Positions 9,198 to 19,933 of a DNA stretch of 49,753 bases are shown piece by piece; position 1 is the first letter of the stretch, and each line of letters opens with the position of its first letter. The translations under genes and the position numbers were made by a program. Origin of the DNA: Bdellovibrionota bacterium (GTDB lineage Bacteria; Bdellovibrionota_C; UBA2361; JBGSMV01); contig JBIKWF010000019.1 in assembly GCA_044356455.1 (NCBI GenBank), positions 1-49,753 on the forward strand, written 5' to 3'. Under the pieces are notes generated by a model that saw nothing but the letters and a program-made list of their open reading frames with translations, made no database searches and was not told the origin of the DNA.

Positions 9198-11888
9198 ATG
9201 TCACACCCCTTAGCGTTCTCGGAACAGACTCTTTCACTCCCCACCGGCAAGTCAGCCAAGTATTACTCCCTCAAAAAGTTAGAAGAGCATGGCTACGGCG
9301 GCATCTCCCGTCTCCCCATCTCAATAAGGGTTGTTCTCGAATCAGTGCTCAGAAACTGCGACGGTAAACGCATTGAACCCAAGGACCTTAGGGCGCTGGC
9401 AAACTGGAAGCCTAATGACGAGCGCACTGAAGAAATTCCCTTCGTCGTCGCGCGGGTACTTCTTCAGGACTTTACGGGCGTGCCTCTTGGCGTAGATCTC
9501 GCCGCTATGCGCACGGCGATGAAGCGCATGAAAAAAGATCCCTCGGTGGTGGAACCCCTCGTTCCGGTGGATCTGGTTATCGATCACTCCGTGCAAGTCG
9601 ATCACTTTGGCCAAGCTTCCTCTTTGGAGCAGAACCTCGCGATTGAATTTGAGCGCAATCAGGAGCGTTACAAGTTTCTTAAATGGTGCATGCAATCATT
9701 TGAAACCTTCAAGGTCATCCCTCCTGGTTTCGGAATCTGCCATCAAGTTAACTTGGAATACCTTGCGCAGGGCGTATTCCAAAAGGACGGAGTTCTTTAT
9801 CCGGATACTCTCGTGGGAACGGATTCCCACACCACCATGGTAAATGGACTTGGAATCGTGGCGTGGGGTGTAGGCGGTATTGAAGCCGAGGCCTCCATGC
9901 TTGGCCAGCCCATGTATTTTCTCACTCCCGACGTCGTCGGCGTACATCTAACTGGGAAACTCGCCAGCGGCGTTACGACAACCGACCTTGTGCTCGCAGT
10001 GACTGAGCTTCTGCGCAGAACCAAAGTCGTGGGCAAATTCGTTGAGTTCTTCGGAGAAGGCGCTCGCACTCTCACGGCCCCAGACCGCGCTACTATCGGA
10101 AACATGGCGCCCGAATACGGCGCCACGATGGGCTTTTTCCCCTCGGACGAAAAAACCCTCGACTATTTTGCGGCAACTGGGCGCTCAAAAGAGCATATCG
10201 ACATGGTGCGCGCATATTTGAGTGCGCAAGGACTCTTCGGCATCCCGCTCAAGGGAGAGGTCGACTACTCAGCCGTGGTTGAATTAGACCTTGCGACCAT
10301 CGTTCCTGCCGTGGCCGGCCCCAAGCGTCCCCAAGATCGAATTGCACTTAAAGATGTTAAATCGAAATTCTCAAAACTACTCGCCGAGCCGTTAAGCTCA
10401 GGCGGCTATGGCAAAGACTCCAAAGAAACCGCAAAACGCATCCCTGCGGGTAATTATGGAGACCTCGGAACGGGAGATGTGCTTATTGCAGCCATCACTT
10501 CATGCACCAACACTTCTAATCCAAGCGTGATGCTCGCTGCGGGACTGGTGGCGAAGAAAGCAGTTGAGCGCGGCTTAAAGCCAAAGAGCTTCGTAAAGAC
10601 TTCCCTCGCCCCAGGTTCGCGCGTGGTTAGCGACTATCTTACGAAAGCTGGTCTTCAAACCTATCTCGACCAGATTGGGTTTCAAACCGTAGGCTACGGC
10701 TGCACGACCTGCATCGGAAATTCAGGCCCTCTCGACGCTGCGATAGAGGAGTGTGTGGTAAAGAATGACCTCGTGGGCGCCTCGGTGCTTTCTGGCAACC
10801 GCAACTTTGAAGCGCGCGTACACCAGAACATAAAAGCAAACTTCCTGATGAGCCCGCCTCTTGTGGTGGCTTACGCGCTTGCGGGGTCCATGAATATCGA
10901 CCTCGCCACTGAGCCTCTTGGGAAGGACAAAGCTGGTAAAGACGTCTTCTTAAAGGATATTTGGCCTACACCGGAAGAGGTCGGCACCCTGCTTCAAACC
11001 GCAAACGATCCAAGTTACTACCGCAAGAATTACACTAATATTGGAACCCAGAACGAGCGCTGGAACGCGATTCCTCAGGAACCTAGCGTCACCTTCGATT
11101 GGGACAAAAAGTCGACCTACATCCAAGAGCCAAGCTACTTTGAAAATTTCGCGGCTACTCCCCTGCCACGAACTGACATTGTCGGCGCGAGGTCACTTGC
11201 GATTTTCGGAGACTCCGTTACCACCGACCACATCTCGCCGGCAGGCGCCATTAAGGCTTCATCACCTGCGGGGTTATTCCTTCAGAAAAACGGCGTAGGT
11301 GCAGCAGACTTTAACAGCTACGGGGCTCGCCGCGGCAATCACGAAGTAATGGTGCGCGGAACTTTTGCGAACGTGCGTATCAAGAACATCATGATTGCGC
11401 CCGCGGAAGGAGGAAGTACCCTTCACTATCCCTCAAACGAGAAACTAAGCATTTACGACGCAGCGATGCGCTACGCAGGAACAAATACACCGCTTATTAT
11501 CTTTGCCGGACAAGAATACGGCACAGGAAGTTCTCGCGACTGGGCAGCGAAGGGCACGAAGCTCTTAGGAGTCCGGGCGGTTATTGCGCAGAGCTTCGAG
11601 CGCATCCATCGCAGCAACCTCGTCGGCATGGGGGTCCTGCCGCTTCAGTTCAAGGACGGCGCAAACGCGACAACCCTTGGAATTAAAGGCGATGAGACTT
11701 TTGAGCTACGTGGACTAGAAAATGGACTTACGCCCCGCGGTGATATTGTCTTGCACGTCACGGCTCAGGATGGCTCAAAGCGCCAGATTCCTCTCACGGT
11801 TCGCATTGATACCACCACAGAGCTTGAGTACTACAAACATGACGGGATTTTGCCTTATGTGTTAAGGCAGATTGCTGCTCGTTCTTAG
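9198..11888 (+). CDS. acnA: Aconitate hydratase A
   Basis: [70 protein letters not shown]. Confidence 0.98.
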   Translation: MSHPLAFSEQTLSLPTGKSAKYYSLKKLEEHGYGGISRLPISIRVVLESVLRNCDGKRIEPKDLRALANWKPNDERTEEIPFVVARVLLQDFTGVPLGVDLAAMRTAMKRMKKDPSVVEPLVPVDLVIDHSVQVDHFGQASSLEQNLAIEFERNQERYKFLKWCMQSFETFKVIPPGFGICHQVNLEYLAQGVFQKDGVLYPDTLVGTDSHTTMVNGLGIVAWGVGGIEAEASMLGQPMYFLTPDVVGVHLTGKLASGVTTTDLVLAVTELLRRTKVVGKFVEFFGEGARTLTAPDRATIGNMAPEYGATMGFFPSDEKTLDYFAATGRSKEHIDMVRAYLSAQGLFGIPLKGEVDYSAVVELDLATIVPAVAGPKRPQDRIALKDVKSKFSKLLAEPLSSGGYGKDSKETAKRIPAGNYGDLGTGDVLIAAITSCTNTSNPSVMLAAGLVAKKAVERGLKPKSFVKTSLAPGSRVVSDYLTKAGLQTYLDQIGFQTVGYGCTTCIGNSGPLDAAIEECVVKNDLVGASVLSGNRNFEARVHQNIKANFLMSPPLVVAYALAGSMNIDLATEPLGKDKAGKDVFLKDIWPTPEEVGTLLQTANDPSYYRKNYTNIGTQNERWNAIPQEPSVTFDWDKKSTYIQEPSYFENFAATPLPRTDIVGARSLAIFGDSVTTDHISPAGAIKASSPAGLFLQKNGVGAADFNSYGARRGNHEVMVRGTFANVRIKNIMIAPAEGGSTLHYPSNEKLSIYDAAMRYAGTNTPLIIFAGQEYGTGSSRDWAAKGTKLLGVRAVIAQSFERIHRSNLVGMGVLPLQFKDGANATTLGIKGDETFELRGLENGLTPRGDIVLHVTAQDGSKRQIPLTVRIDTTTELEYYKHDGILPYVLRQIAARS

Positions 11889-11899
11889 GTCGCAACTAT

Positions 11900-12030
11900 C
11901 TAAGGAACCCCTGAAAAAGTTTTCCTTCGTGGTCTTCGTGGTGCGAATGAGAGATGGTAACTACCTGAAAGCATGGGCTCACCACTAAGACCACAAAGTT
12001 GGGGAATGGGATTTTTCAGAGCTTCCTTAA
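11900..12030. mobile_element. MITE-like repeat (family A, variant core)
   Basis: CTAA-GGAACCCCTGAAAAA ... TTTTTCAGAGCTTCC-TTAA; internal CTTCGTGGTCTTCGTGGTG / CACCACTAAGACCACAAAG stem. Confidence 0.8.
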
Positions 12031-12223
12031 GTCGGGAGAATCTGACTTCCCCCGTCCGCTCCTTCCAGTAGGCACAAGAGATAACCATTTCAGCACCTTA
12101 GGACAGCAATCCACAGAGCCCCCCCTAAATACTTTCTCAAGTTTTTTCTTACGAAAGTGAAGCAAACGCTGAGCTCTTCCGGATAGTGAAGGGGGATTGG
12201 GGATTTCGCGCCCTGGGAAACAT

Positions 12224-14677
12224 ATGACGGCAACCACTCCAAGTTCTGGTCTAAAGGCACCAGAGAGCTCCGCTTGCGATGCGGCAGGCCTAGGCATCCT
12301 CAGGGCCGTTGAGCGGCACCAGCTCAATCTTCCTAGCCGAAAAATGTCGGGCCAAGAGGCGCTCGCAGATGCGGTCACGCGCCTTCAGGATCTCCCTGCT
12401 AAAGAACGGGTCAAGTTACTAGCTAATCCCTTTGGGGAAGAATCGCATAAGGCGCTGAGAGCGGCTCTTGGGACACTACTTCCCACCTGCGCGTATTCGC
12501 GCCTAAAGGCACTTATCATTGCCCATCACTCGAAAGGAGATAACTTCGCTTCCCTTGAGGAGCGTCTCAGCGCAAAAGAGAACTCACTTAGTTTTCAGGC
12601 GCTTCGACTCGGGTCGCTTCGCCAGGGCGGCACCGAGCAGCATTGCACCTCTTGGAAATGGGATGATGCAAAGGCCTGGGAGGAGATGGAGAGACACTCT
12701 CCTTCAAAGACGCAGGTGACTGACTCTTCACGCCGCCAAGAGCTCCTATCTCGTGTCAACCTCCTGCAAGACCGCTCTATGCTGCGAGGGCTGTGGATCG
12801 CAATGGGACTCCCCGATCCTTCAGCTTCAGATACAGGATACCAACCTTGTCCAATCACCAAGGAACAGCTCTCTCAACTGCTAGACCGCAAGGTCGAATG
12901 CTCGGCAACCGCAGCTCTGCACCCTCTTGGCATTCTTGTGCGAGTAGCCAAGGAGGATTGGCACGCGGTGGCGCGCTCTGAGACAGAGAAGACAACCAAC
13001 GGTCTTAACTTCTCGAGTCCTCAATGTCTCAAGAATGCTCGCATCAACCTCATTAAGGTCGAGGTAACGAAGCCATCCGAGCAAGACCTGCGCCGAGAAA
13101 GAGGCACCGAAGCGCATGAGTTGGGCCACACGCTCCACGCCACACATACCAGAGTCGTCCCGCGCTGGAGCGAAACCAAGGCTCGAGTTATCGAACTTGC
13201 AGGCAAGCCGGAAGCAGCTCTCCAAAAAGCCGAGGCAGCGACTGAGCTCAAACTACTCCTCATCAAACTGGTCCGCGCGCTTCAAGACATGGCCCAAGAG
13301 GAGACTACCAATGAGATGTCTTCTAAGGGGAAGATCACTCCTGCGGGAGAATTCGAGTCATACGTTCAAAGATACTGCTCCAGTATTGGAGAGGTCATCG
13401 ACGCTCTTGCCTTAAGCAAACTTCCCAAAGAACTAATTGACGAGGCGACGGATTCCCTAACTTCTGCGTCGATAGCACTAAGGGAATCTTGGGGAAGCTA
13501 TCTTGCTGCGACACAGGTAGTCGCGGAGAGGCCAGACTCTGCCGACTTTAAGCAGCTAGCCGCGATTGCGGAACTCGTCCCGCTCCATGCCCCGCACCGA
13601 CTCTCACTTGCCGTTCCCCAAGAAGCACGCCCCCAGGCTTCAGAATTTAAGGCAGCCATTCAGAATGAACGCGAGCAGCGGCAGCGCGCTCTCGCTCTTC
13701 TTGAAGAGGCCTATGGCGTTAGCAGAGGAGCATTCATCAGAGTGGGCAAGACCGATGATGAGAACTTGGCAAAGGCGCGAGAAGTTGGATGTTCGCTGAT
13801 AGCGGCTCTTGGTCGTGAATGCCCGAGGCTTCTACGCACCCTCACGGCGCAAGTGCCTGCACTCAAGTTACTTAGCCGCGACTCAAACGCCCCACTTCCG
13901 CCCGAATTCAAAGAATCGCTCTCGGCAGGCCTAGCGGCAGTCCTAACTCAGCAGTTCGGTACTAGCCGCATACTAGACCAAGCCTTAACCACGCGTCACT
14001 TCTCTCGCTGCATGGAGACAAGGCCCAAGAACTTGGGCAACACCCTGCCTGCGTACAAGACTTGGCAGCTTGAGACGTGTGGTAGGCAATTCAAAGCGAG
14101 CGAAGCGCGCGCCCTATTACCAAGGGTACTCAAAGAGCGAGCGCGCATCTATGCGGCTCCCGATTTTTCTTGGAAAAACAACTCTCACGATCAGGCGTTA
14201 CGAGCTCTTTCCGGTGCCGCACTCGCGTGCTTTGAGAGGGCAACTGGGATGGTGCCAGACGGCAAGGTGGTAGCTTATTGCAAAACGCAGGTAGAGGCAG
14301 GCAATCTCGAAAGTCTTCGTTCGGCAATGAAACTATATCCTCTTACAAAGCGGAATACACTGCTCGACGCTGCCAGCAAGCACTTTAACGAGCTACGCGA
14401 TCCCAAAGACGTTCCCCTCCTCGCGCGGTTTTGTTTCTTCGGCTATGAGGGGCAAACGAGAGACGCAGCGACTTCGTGTCTCGTTCAACTCCTTCAGGAC
14501 AGCTCCGTGCGCGCGCAGGTAAGCATAGAAACCCTCATGACCCTTACCGAGATGGGAGCCGAGCTTAAGGATCCGCGAGTTTCTCCATCTCACCAATTTG
14601 AATGGATAGACTCGGTTCAAAATATCCAAAGCCTTTGCCGGGAAGAAATATTCAGACGCGGGAAGCCCTCAACTTAG
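12224..14677 (+). CDS. Large orphan protein with HExxH motif, mostly helical
   Basis: Uninterrupted ORF (826 aa from 12197; ATG at 12224); AHELGHTLH motif. Confidence 0.7.
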   Translation: MTATTPSSGLKAPESSACDAAGLGILRAVERHQLNLPSRKMSGQEALADAVTRLQDLPAKERVKLLANPFGEESHKALRAALGTLLPTCAYSRLKALIIAHHSKGDNFASLEERLSAKENSLSFQALRLGSLRQGGTEQHCTSWKWDDAKAWEEMERHSPSKTQVTDSSRRQELLSRVNLLQDRSMLRGLWIAMGLPDPSASDTGYQPCPITKEQLSQLLDRKVECSATAALHPLGILVRVAKEDWHAVARSETEKTTNGLNFSSPQCLKNARINLIKVEVTKPSEQDLRRERGTEAHELGHTLHATHTRVVPRWSETKARVIELAGKPEAALQKAEAATELKLLLIKLVRALQDMAQEETTNEMSSKGKITPAGEFESYVQRYCSSIGEVIDALALSKLPKELIDEATDSLTSASIALRESWGSYLAATQVVAERPDSADFKQLAAIAELVPLHAPHRLSLAVPQEARPQASEFKAAIQNEREQRQRALALLEEAYGVSRGAFIRVGKTDDENLAKAREVGCSLIAALGRECPRLLRTLTAQVPALKLLSRDSNAPLPPEFKESLSAGLAAVLTQQFGTSRILDQALTTRHFSRCMETRPKNLGNTLPAYKTWQLETCGRQFKASEARALLPRVLKERARIYAAPDFSWKNNSHDQALRALSGAALACFERATGMVPDGKVVAYCKTQVEAGNLESLRSAMKLYPLTKRNTLLDAASKHFNELRDPKDVPLLARFCFFGYEGQTRDAATSCLVQLLQDSSVRAQVSIETLMTLTEMGAELKDPRVSPSHQFEWIDSVQNIQSLCREEIFRRGKPST

Positions 14678-14800
14678 GCATAGCTGGATTACCACACCAC
14701 CTCTTCGCACCCTGCGGCCCCTGGAAGCCATTCGTTCTGTTGCTGACCATTACGTCCTCCAATTGTCGCACACTGACCTCGCATGAGAGCCCCCCCCCTA

Positions 14801-14920
14801 GGACACCCAGTCTTCCCGATTGCCCCACGGGAGCTGCCACCGGAGAACCGGTAGTTCCAGCCCGTTAGCAGTAGAGGCGAAAATTCAGGGTCGACTCTTA
14901 GTTACGGAGATTGGGTGTCC
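14801..14920. repeat. Inverted-repeat-bounded element (REP/MITE-like)
   Basis: GGACACCCAGTCTTCC (14801-14816) / GGAGATTGGGTGTCC (14906-14920) between convergent genes. Confidence 0.5.
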
Positions 14921-14989
14921 CAAAGAAGTCTCGACTTGCCCGTACATTGTCTGGAATATGGGATCCAGATTTCTACAGGTAAAGGCGCC

Positions 14990-16837
14990 TTACGCATCAA
15001 CAGTAGGGCCCCCATCTAGAGACTCGAACCTTTTCGGCCACGGCACGCTACCGAGTTCTGCTTTAAAAGTCCGTAGCGCAGCAAGAAGCTTTCCGAACGT
15101 CATGCGACACACGGCCTTGTTCAATGCCAGTTCTACATGAGTAGCGCCATCGAGTATCGTGTTTCGCGCTTTGACCTGTTGCCCCTGCATCACACGTACG
15201 CGGTAGTTGAGATCTGCTGCCTTCCCGTCAACTACCGGCGTCTCGAGAAACCTATCGACAAACTGCACAAGCTCCGGCACAAGCTGCGCATAGCGCCAGC
15301 GTAACGGCGCTGGCGTCGAGCATTTAACGAATACCGATTGGAAAACAGGTGAGGAGGCCGCCTCGCTCGTGTAGGAGAGCGCCTCTAGGGCCTCCCTCCT
15401 TACGCTGTGGCCACCTGCAAGCTTATGAAACAAGCTCCAGAAGTCCGAACATAGGCTAGTCCATTCCTCAACCTGCGCACTGTCACGCAAGCGGTAATGA
15501 ACTAACTCAGCACTTAACGCTTTTTGCAGAGTAAGTCCTAACATCTCCGCAAAATATGCGGCAGGCTTAGTTTCTGGACCTCGATCTGCCCCAAGATGAT
15601 TTACCATTCCAGGTAGGCTACCCAGCACCCGAAGCTCTGCGAGTGATGAATCATTTTTATCGCTCAGCCCGGGGTCGGCAAAGCCAGTAGTAATCTGTCG
15701 CACTCTCTTTAAATCGAGGGTGTCATAGAACCGCTGCGGGCCAACCCCCGCATGGGTAGCAGCCCTCCGCATCTCCTCCTGGGCGCTGCCCGACTCCCGG
15801 CGAGCCATGAGATTAATCAGCAGCACGCACCGCTGCGTCACTGGCACCTGCCGGAGTATCTGCTGGTAGCCTTCACAGAATTGGCCCGGAAAATCGAGAC
15901 TGACAAACCCGAACGGCTCTCGAATCTGAGGCAGAACGTCTTGAAGCCTTCCAAAGATTGAGGTCACACCCAGTGCGCGTGCATTCTGCAAAAATTCATC
16001 TTTAACTCGTGGGTCGCCTTCTACTACGGTGATATTTTGTGGCCGAAACCCAAGTTCCAGATAGTATTTTACCTCTCGCTCCACTTTCGCCGACGAGAGG
16101 CAAAGCCCCCGCATATAGGGCCGGTCGCGTGAACTCGTATGCGCGTCCAGAAACCTTGCCCAGCGGCTGCGCCATAGCTCCTTCACAGGGAAATCATAGT
16201 CGGTAAATGCCGCTCCCGGGGAGCGACGTTTCGTGGCTGGTGGCCCTAATGAAGCAACCTCAGAGCTTCCTCTTTCTGGCACGGACAGCGTATTTAGAGG
16301 GCTTGAAAGCATGGGAAGCGGCTCAGTGCCAGAAACCGGGGGTGGAGCTTCAGTGCAAGATTTTTTCCCCTTGGGAAGCAGCTGCTCAAATTTCTTCACG
16401 CAACAGCGAAGCTGCTCAACCGAGTCCGCGGAGGAGAGTCCCGCTTTCAACGTCTCCTCGTCGCTATTCGCTGCTTGTGTTCGCAACTCGACTGCAAGCC
16501 GAACTATCTCATCGACAGATTTCTGGCACGGGTGCTCGCGAAGCGCGCGCTTGGCGGCAATGGTAATCCAGGCTGAGGTCGCGTACACCTGCCGCGCGTT
16601 ACACTGGAACTTTTCTGAGAGGGAAAGCACCTTTTCTGTCGAGAGATTGCGCCCAGCACTCGCCGCCCGAGCAAGGAGTAAGTCTTCTTGAAGTGCGTCA
16701 CGGGCTACAGGCGAAAGTGCACGCGCCACGGCTTCGCCAGGCGCACCGACCCCGCCCGAACTTAGCGCATCACCGGACGGCGCAGGATTCCACCTGGGGC
16801 CCCTCTGCGATGCGGCCGACATTGACATCTTATCCAC
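14990..16837 (-). CDS. Orphan protein with central class I SAM-dependent methyltransferase-like domain
   Basis: 615-aa ORF; RGLCLSS...LELGFRPQNITVVEGDP...IFGRLQDVL...FGFVSLDFPG resembles the Rossmann MTase strand order. Confidence 0.65.
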   Translation of the reverse strand: MDKMSMSAASQRGPRWNPAPSGDALSSGGVGAPGEAVARALSPVARDALQEDLLLARAASAGRNLSTEKVLSLSEKFQCNARQVYATSAWITIAAKRALREHPCQKSVDEIVRLAVELRTQAANSDEETLKAGLSSADSVEQLRCCVKKFEQLLPKGKKSCTEAPPPVSGTEPLPMLSSPLNTLSVPERGSSEVASLGPPATKRRSPGAAFTDYDFPVKELWRSRWARFLDAHTSSRDRPYMRGLCLSSAKVEREVKYYLELGFRPQNITVVEGDPRVKDEFLQNARALGVTSIFGRLQDVLPQIREPFGFVSLDFPGQFCEGYQQILRQVPVTQRCVLLINLMARRESGSAQEEMRRAATHAGVGPQRFYDTLDLKRVRQITTGFADPGLSDKNDSSLAELRVLGSLPGMVNHLGADRGPETKPAAYFAEMLGLTLQKALSAELVHYRLRDSAQVEEWTSLCSDFWSLFHKLAGGHSVRREALEALSYTSEAASSPVFQSVFVKCSTPAPLRWRYAQLVPELVQFVDRFLETPVVDGKAADLNYRVRVMQGQQVKARNTILDGATHVELALNKAVCRMTFGKLLAALRTFKAELGSVPWPKRFESLDGGPTVDA

Positions 16838-17477
16838 CTTTCACACTTCGCCGCGCGAAGAAAATATCAACGTAATTTGCAGTGAACACCTCCGGCTTTG
16901 CCCTTCGAATCGCCTCGCTCCCCATATCTCTCACATACTCGAATGCTCCGATCTGCCCGAGTCGACACTCTTCGAAAAATTTCTGGATGGCCCGAGCATC
17001 CTGGCTGCCCTCAGCTCGGAATCCCGGGAACTCAACAATGCAGCAGTGGTCCTTGAAACCGCTGCTCTCAAGAGTAATGCGCCCGATCGGGAATGAGAGG
17101 CCCGGATCGGGTGTGAAATGAACTCGGCGTCGCGGAACTTGTGCGAAGTAGGCTTGCTCGGCGCAGATTACACCCTTCGCTTTCGCATAGAGCTCCGGGC
17201 AGTTTTCCTCCGCGAGCACCAGGGGCGTCTGAACGAACTTCTCGCGAATGAAGCGCACCACTTCAGGCAGCAGCGCATGCCCCGCGCGTGCCAGCACAAA
17301 TTCCATATTGCTCATGGCAGAAGCGGCATCTGGAGAATAAAGATGCAACTCCTTGGTTCGGGCCGCCAAGTCCGCCAGCGAGGTTATGCGATCCTTTGGG
17401 CAGACTCTCTGGGGCTGTTGCGGGAGATTCGGGTCAGGGGCCGCTCCTCCCGTACTGCTACGCGCAAATATATTCAT
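16830..17477 (-). CDS. Hypothetical protein
   Basis: 215-aa ORF whose stop overlaps the start of the downstream ORF; no recognised motif. Confidence 0.6.
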   Translation of the reverse strand: MNIFARSSTGGAAPDPNLPQQPQRVCPKDRITSLADLAARTKELHLYSPDAASAMSNMEFVLARAGHALLPEVVRFIREKFVQTPLVLAEENCPELYAKAKGVICAEQAYFAQVPRRRVHFTPDPGLSFPIGRITLESSGFKDHCCIVEFPGFRAEGSQDARAIQKFFEECRLGQIGAFEYVRDMGSEAIRRAKPEVFTANYVDIFFARRSVKGG

Positions 17478-17625
17478 CGAAGCAACACCGTTGAATTTCT
17501 CTGCAGTGTTATGCGGGGTCGGGCGGGCGGAAGGGCTGTAGGCGCGTCACCTCATCGGAAATGTTACTGGAGAGTTGAGCGCTGCTGATTACGGCTTCCC
17601 CGCAGGTTGCCTGGTTACGGAGTCA

Positions 17626-18080
17626 GGAGCATAGGAAAATCGATCTAACCCCATGAGCTGATTGAGCAATCTAGTTCTGACTCTGGACCCTTGTTTCAGT
17701 TGGTTGAATTTCTGGTGAACGGGCGGTGTGTGGGTCGGTGGAGTCGCCGGTGGGTAGTGAAGTGTGTGATCTTGAACGGTTTAGGATGCACAAGCATGGG
17801 CTCAAGCCGTGAAGCGCTAAACCGAAGGTTGATTGTGGTGAGATATAGGCGCAAGTCTCCCGAGCGGCGCTAAGCGCCGAAGTCATCGAGGGGAATTTCG
17901 TCGAAGAACTCTTTCGTTGGTGGCCGCAGCATTTTTGGCGGGGCCTGCGCTCGCGGTATACGAAGGGAATCAGAGATCTTGAGGATCTCTCTTTCATTGG
18001 TCAGAAACGCAAGGATGCGCATCTGACCTTTGCAGCGAGGACACCCGAGGGGAGCAATCTCAAAGATGCGCTTCATGCTT
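17626..18080 (-). mobile_element. IS91-family (Y2 rolling-circle) element remnant: transposase C-terminus plus oriIS-like end
   Basis: KRIFEIAPLGCPRCKGQMRILAFLTNEREILKI...RAQAPP matches the IS91/ISCR C-terminal zinc-ribbon tail (stop at 17870); minus-strand GATTTTCCTATGCTCC at 17626-17641 resembles oriIS (TTCCTAT). Confidence 0.8.
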
Positions 18081-18321
18081 ATCCCCCCCTGGTGGGCCCC
18101 AACTATAGAATCCCCATCTGCTCTAAAGACCACCCCAGGCTTTAGCCCTTATTTTAAATGGTTTTCTCAATCAGCCGGTCAGTACGCCGGTAGGTACGTG
18201 GGCGGGGAAAATTGGGTGCACCGGGAGGAGGAAGCCAGCAATAGCAGATAGTTACCCAGCCATAAAGCTACCCCTTGGAAGACCTCTGCATAACAAAGGT
18301 GGAGAGTGAGAGGTCCGCAGG

Positions 18322-19263
18322 GTGTCTCCGCGCCCGAGCTATGTGAGGTGCAATTTGAACGCAATTCAAAAAACTGTTGGCCGAAAACCACTCGGGGAGG
18401 CGCTGGTAAACCCGTCTCAAAATGCAGCGTTCGTCTTGGATCTCAGTCCCGTGTCTGACGCACTCAACGGACTGGGAATTGCTCACGAGATTCAGGCTCC
18501 CGACGATATTCATCGGCGAGACAGTCCCAAAAAACGCTACGTCGATGGGAGGAAGTATAACCCAGAGGCGCAAGAAGTCGTGCATTCACTGACAATTAAG
18601 ATCTTACTGCTCCCTCGCCCAGAGATGCATGAGCGCGCGGGCCGCTCCCAGATCGATCTCACTCTCTCCGACGATGCCGCCAGAGTAACAATGACTGCAT
18701 TTCATGCGGGAGGTAGGAGCATTGGCGCTGCGCATTTTGACGTTCCTGACTGTGCCGAGCAGCTTGTTGATGCGATTGCCGCCACTGCGCTTGGCTTATC
18801 GGCTGCGCGTCAACACGTTGCGCTACCAAGAAAAGCCAGGGATGAAGAAGCAAGCGTGGCATCATTTGACCCTATGCGCCTAAAGGTTGAAAAGAAAGAC
18901 CTCTTTCCCAGCCACACGGAAGACCTCAGTAAAATGGTTCGAGTATCTACTTCCGCGCAGCCACATTCCCCCACAAATGAGGGGCAAGGCGATAACATCA
19001 AATCCGTTCTCTGTCGCATCGAACGAGCAGGCTTCGGAGGACTTGGAAAGTTTAAGCCACACGCTGAAGTTGTGGTGCAAGAGCATTATGAGCAGGGAAA
19101 GAGAGACACGCCTGCATGGTGCGAGGTCCATGTGACAACCAAGCCTGGCCTCTGGAAGCCTGAGTATAGAAGCCCCACTCAAAACTTCCTGACGAGCGAA
19201 CGAGCGCGGGACTTCGCCCACTACCTTGTCAAAGCGCTCGCACATCAAATCGCCGCGACTTAG
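18322..19263 (+). CDS. Hypothetical protein
   Basis: 313-aa uninterrupted ORF, GTG start; no recognised motif. Confidence 0.6.
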   Translation: MSPRPSYVRCNLNAIQKTVGRKPLGEALVNPSQNAAFVLDLSPVSDALNGLGIAHEIQAPDDIHRRDSPKKRYVDGRKYNPEAQEVVHSLTIKILLLPRPEMHERAGRSQIDLTLSDDAARVTMTAFHAGGRSIGAAHFDVPDCAEQLVDAIAATALGLSAARQHVALPRKARDEEASVASFDPMRLKVEKKDLFPSHTEDLSKMVRVSTSAQPHSPTNEGQGDNIKSVLCRIERAGFGGLGKFKPHAEVVVQEHYEQGKRDTPAWCEVHVTTKPGLWKPEYRSPTQNFLTSERARDFAHYLVKALAHQIAAT

Positions 19264-19332
19264 CGGGCATTTATTTGGAGTCCTGGCCGGTCTTTTGGCT
19301 TCCCCGTCTCCGCCAAAGCTGCGCCGAGGCCG

Positions 19333-19674
19333 TTACTTGAGGCTACTGCTCACGTCATTCGAGAATAATCCAGCATCCGTCGGATTAGATGTTTGGGTTC
19401 CCAAAATGAAGACCATCAGCGAGAGCCCAATAAAGTAGATAAGCGGCGAGACCACAATCGATGAGATGATTTGAACAATTCCCATCATGGCTTGGCCGCG
19501 CGCTATTACCACGATAGCCACAATAAAAGCTGCAAAATTAATCGTCCATCCAATCAGCCCAAAGCCCGGAATTGGAATAAGAAAAAGTCCCCACGTCACA
19601 AGGAGACATATCCAACCAGCCTTAATTGGAGCGGCACTTACCGGGGCATTTGCTACCTGAGCTATTTGATTCAC
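19333..19674 (-). CDS. Small membrane protein (about 3 TM helices)
   Basis: GTG at 19674 after AGGAG; hydrophobic AGWICLLVTWGLFLIPIPGFGLIGW... segments. Confidence 0.75.
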   Translation of the reverse strand: MNQIAQVANAPVSAAPIKAGWICLLVTWGLFLIPIPGFGLIGWTINFAAFIVAIVVIARGQAMMGIVQIISSIVVSPLIYFIGLSLMVFILGTQTSNPTDAGLFSNDVSSSLK

Positions 19675-19933
19675 GACGAAACTCCTAGAATAAAACTTTA
19701 CTTTCGATTGCTCGAAATTGAGCCACCTTAGGAGAGTCAGATTGCACAACTTGGAAATCCTACTCGAGTGTAGGATTCAACCCAGAATACGGAATCAGGT
19801 TCTTACGAGGCACCGCCTGACTATTTCAGGGCTCATGGGGACGTGAGATTTCCTTTGAGAATTGGTCATCGCGGAGATCTTCTCAGCCCGCAGGGGCAGT
19901 AATCACTTCCAAAGAGCGCTGAGAGTTCAGCGA

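Noticed and set aside
12197..19749. Prophage
   Set aside because: No integrase, terminase, capsid or tail genes recognised
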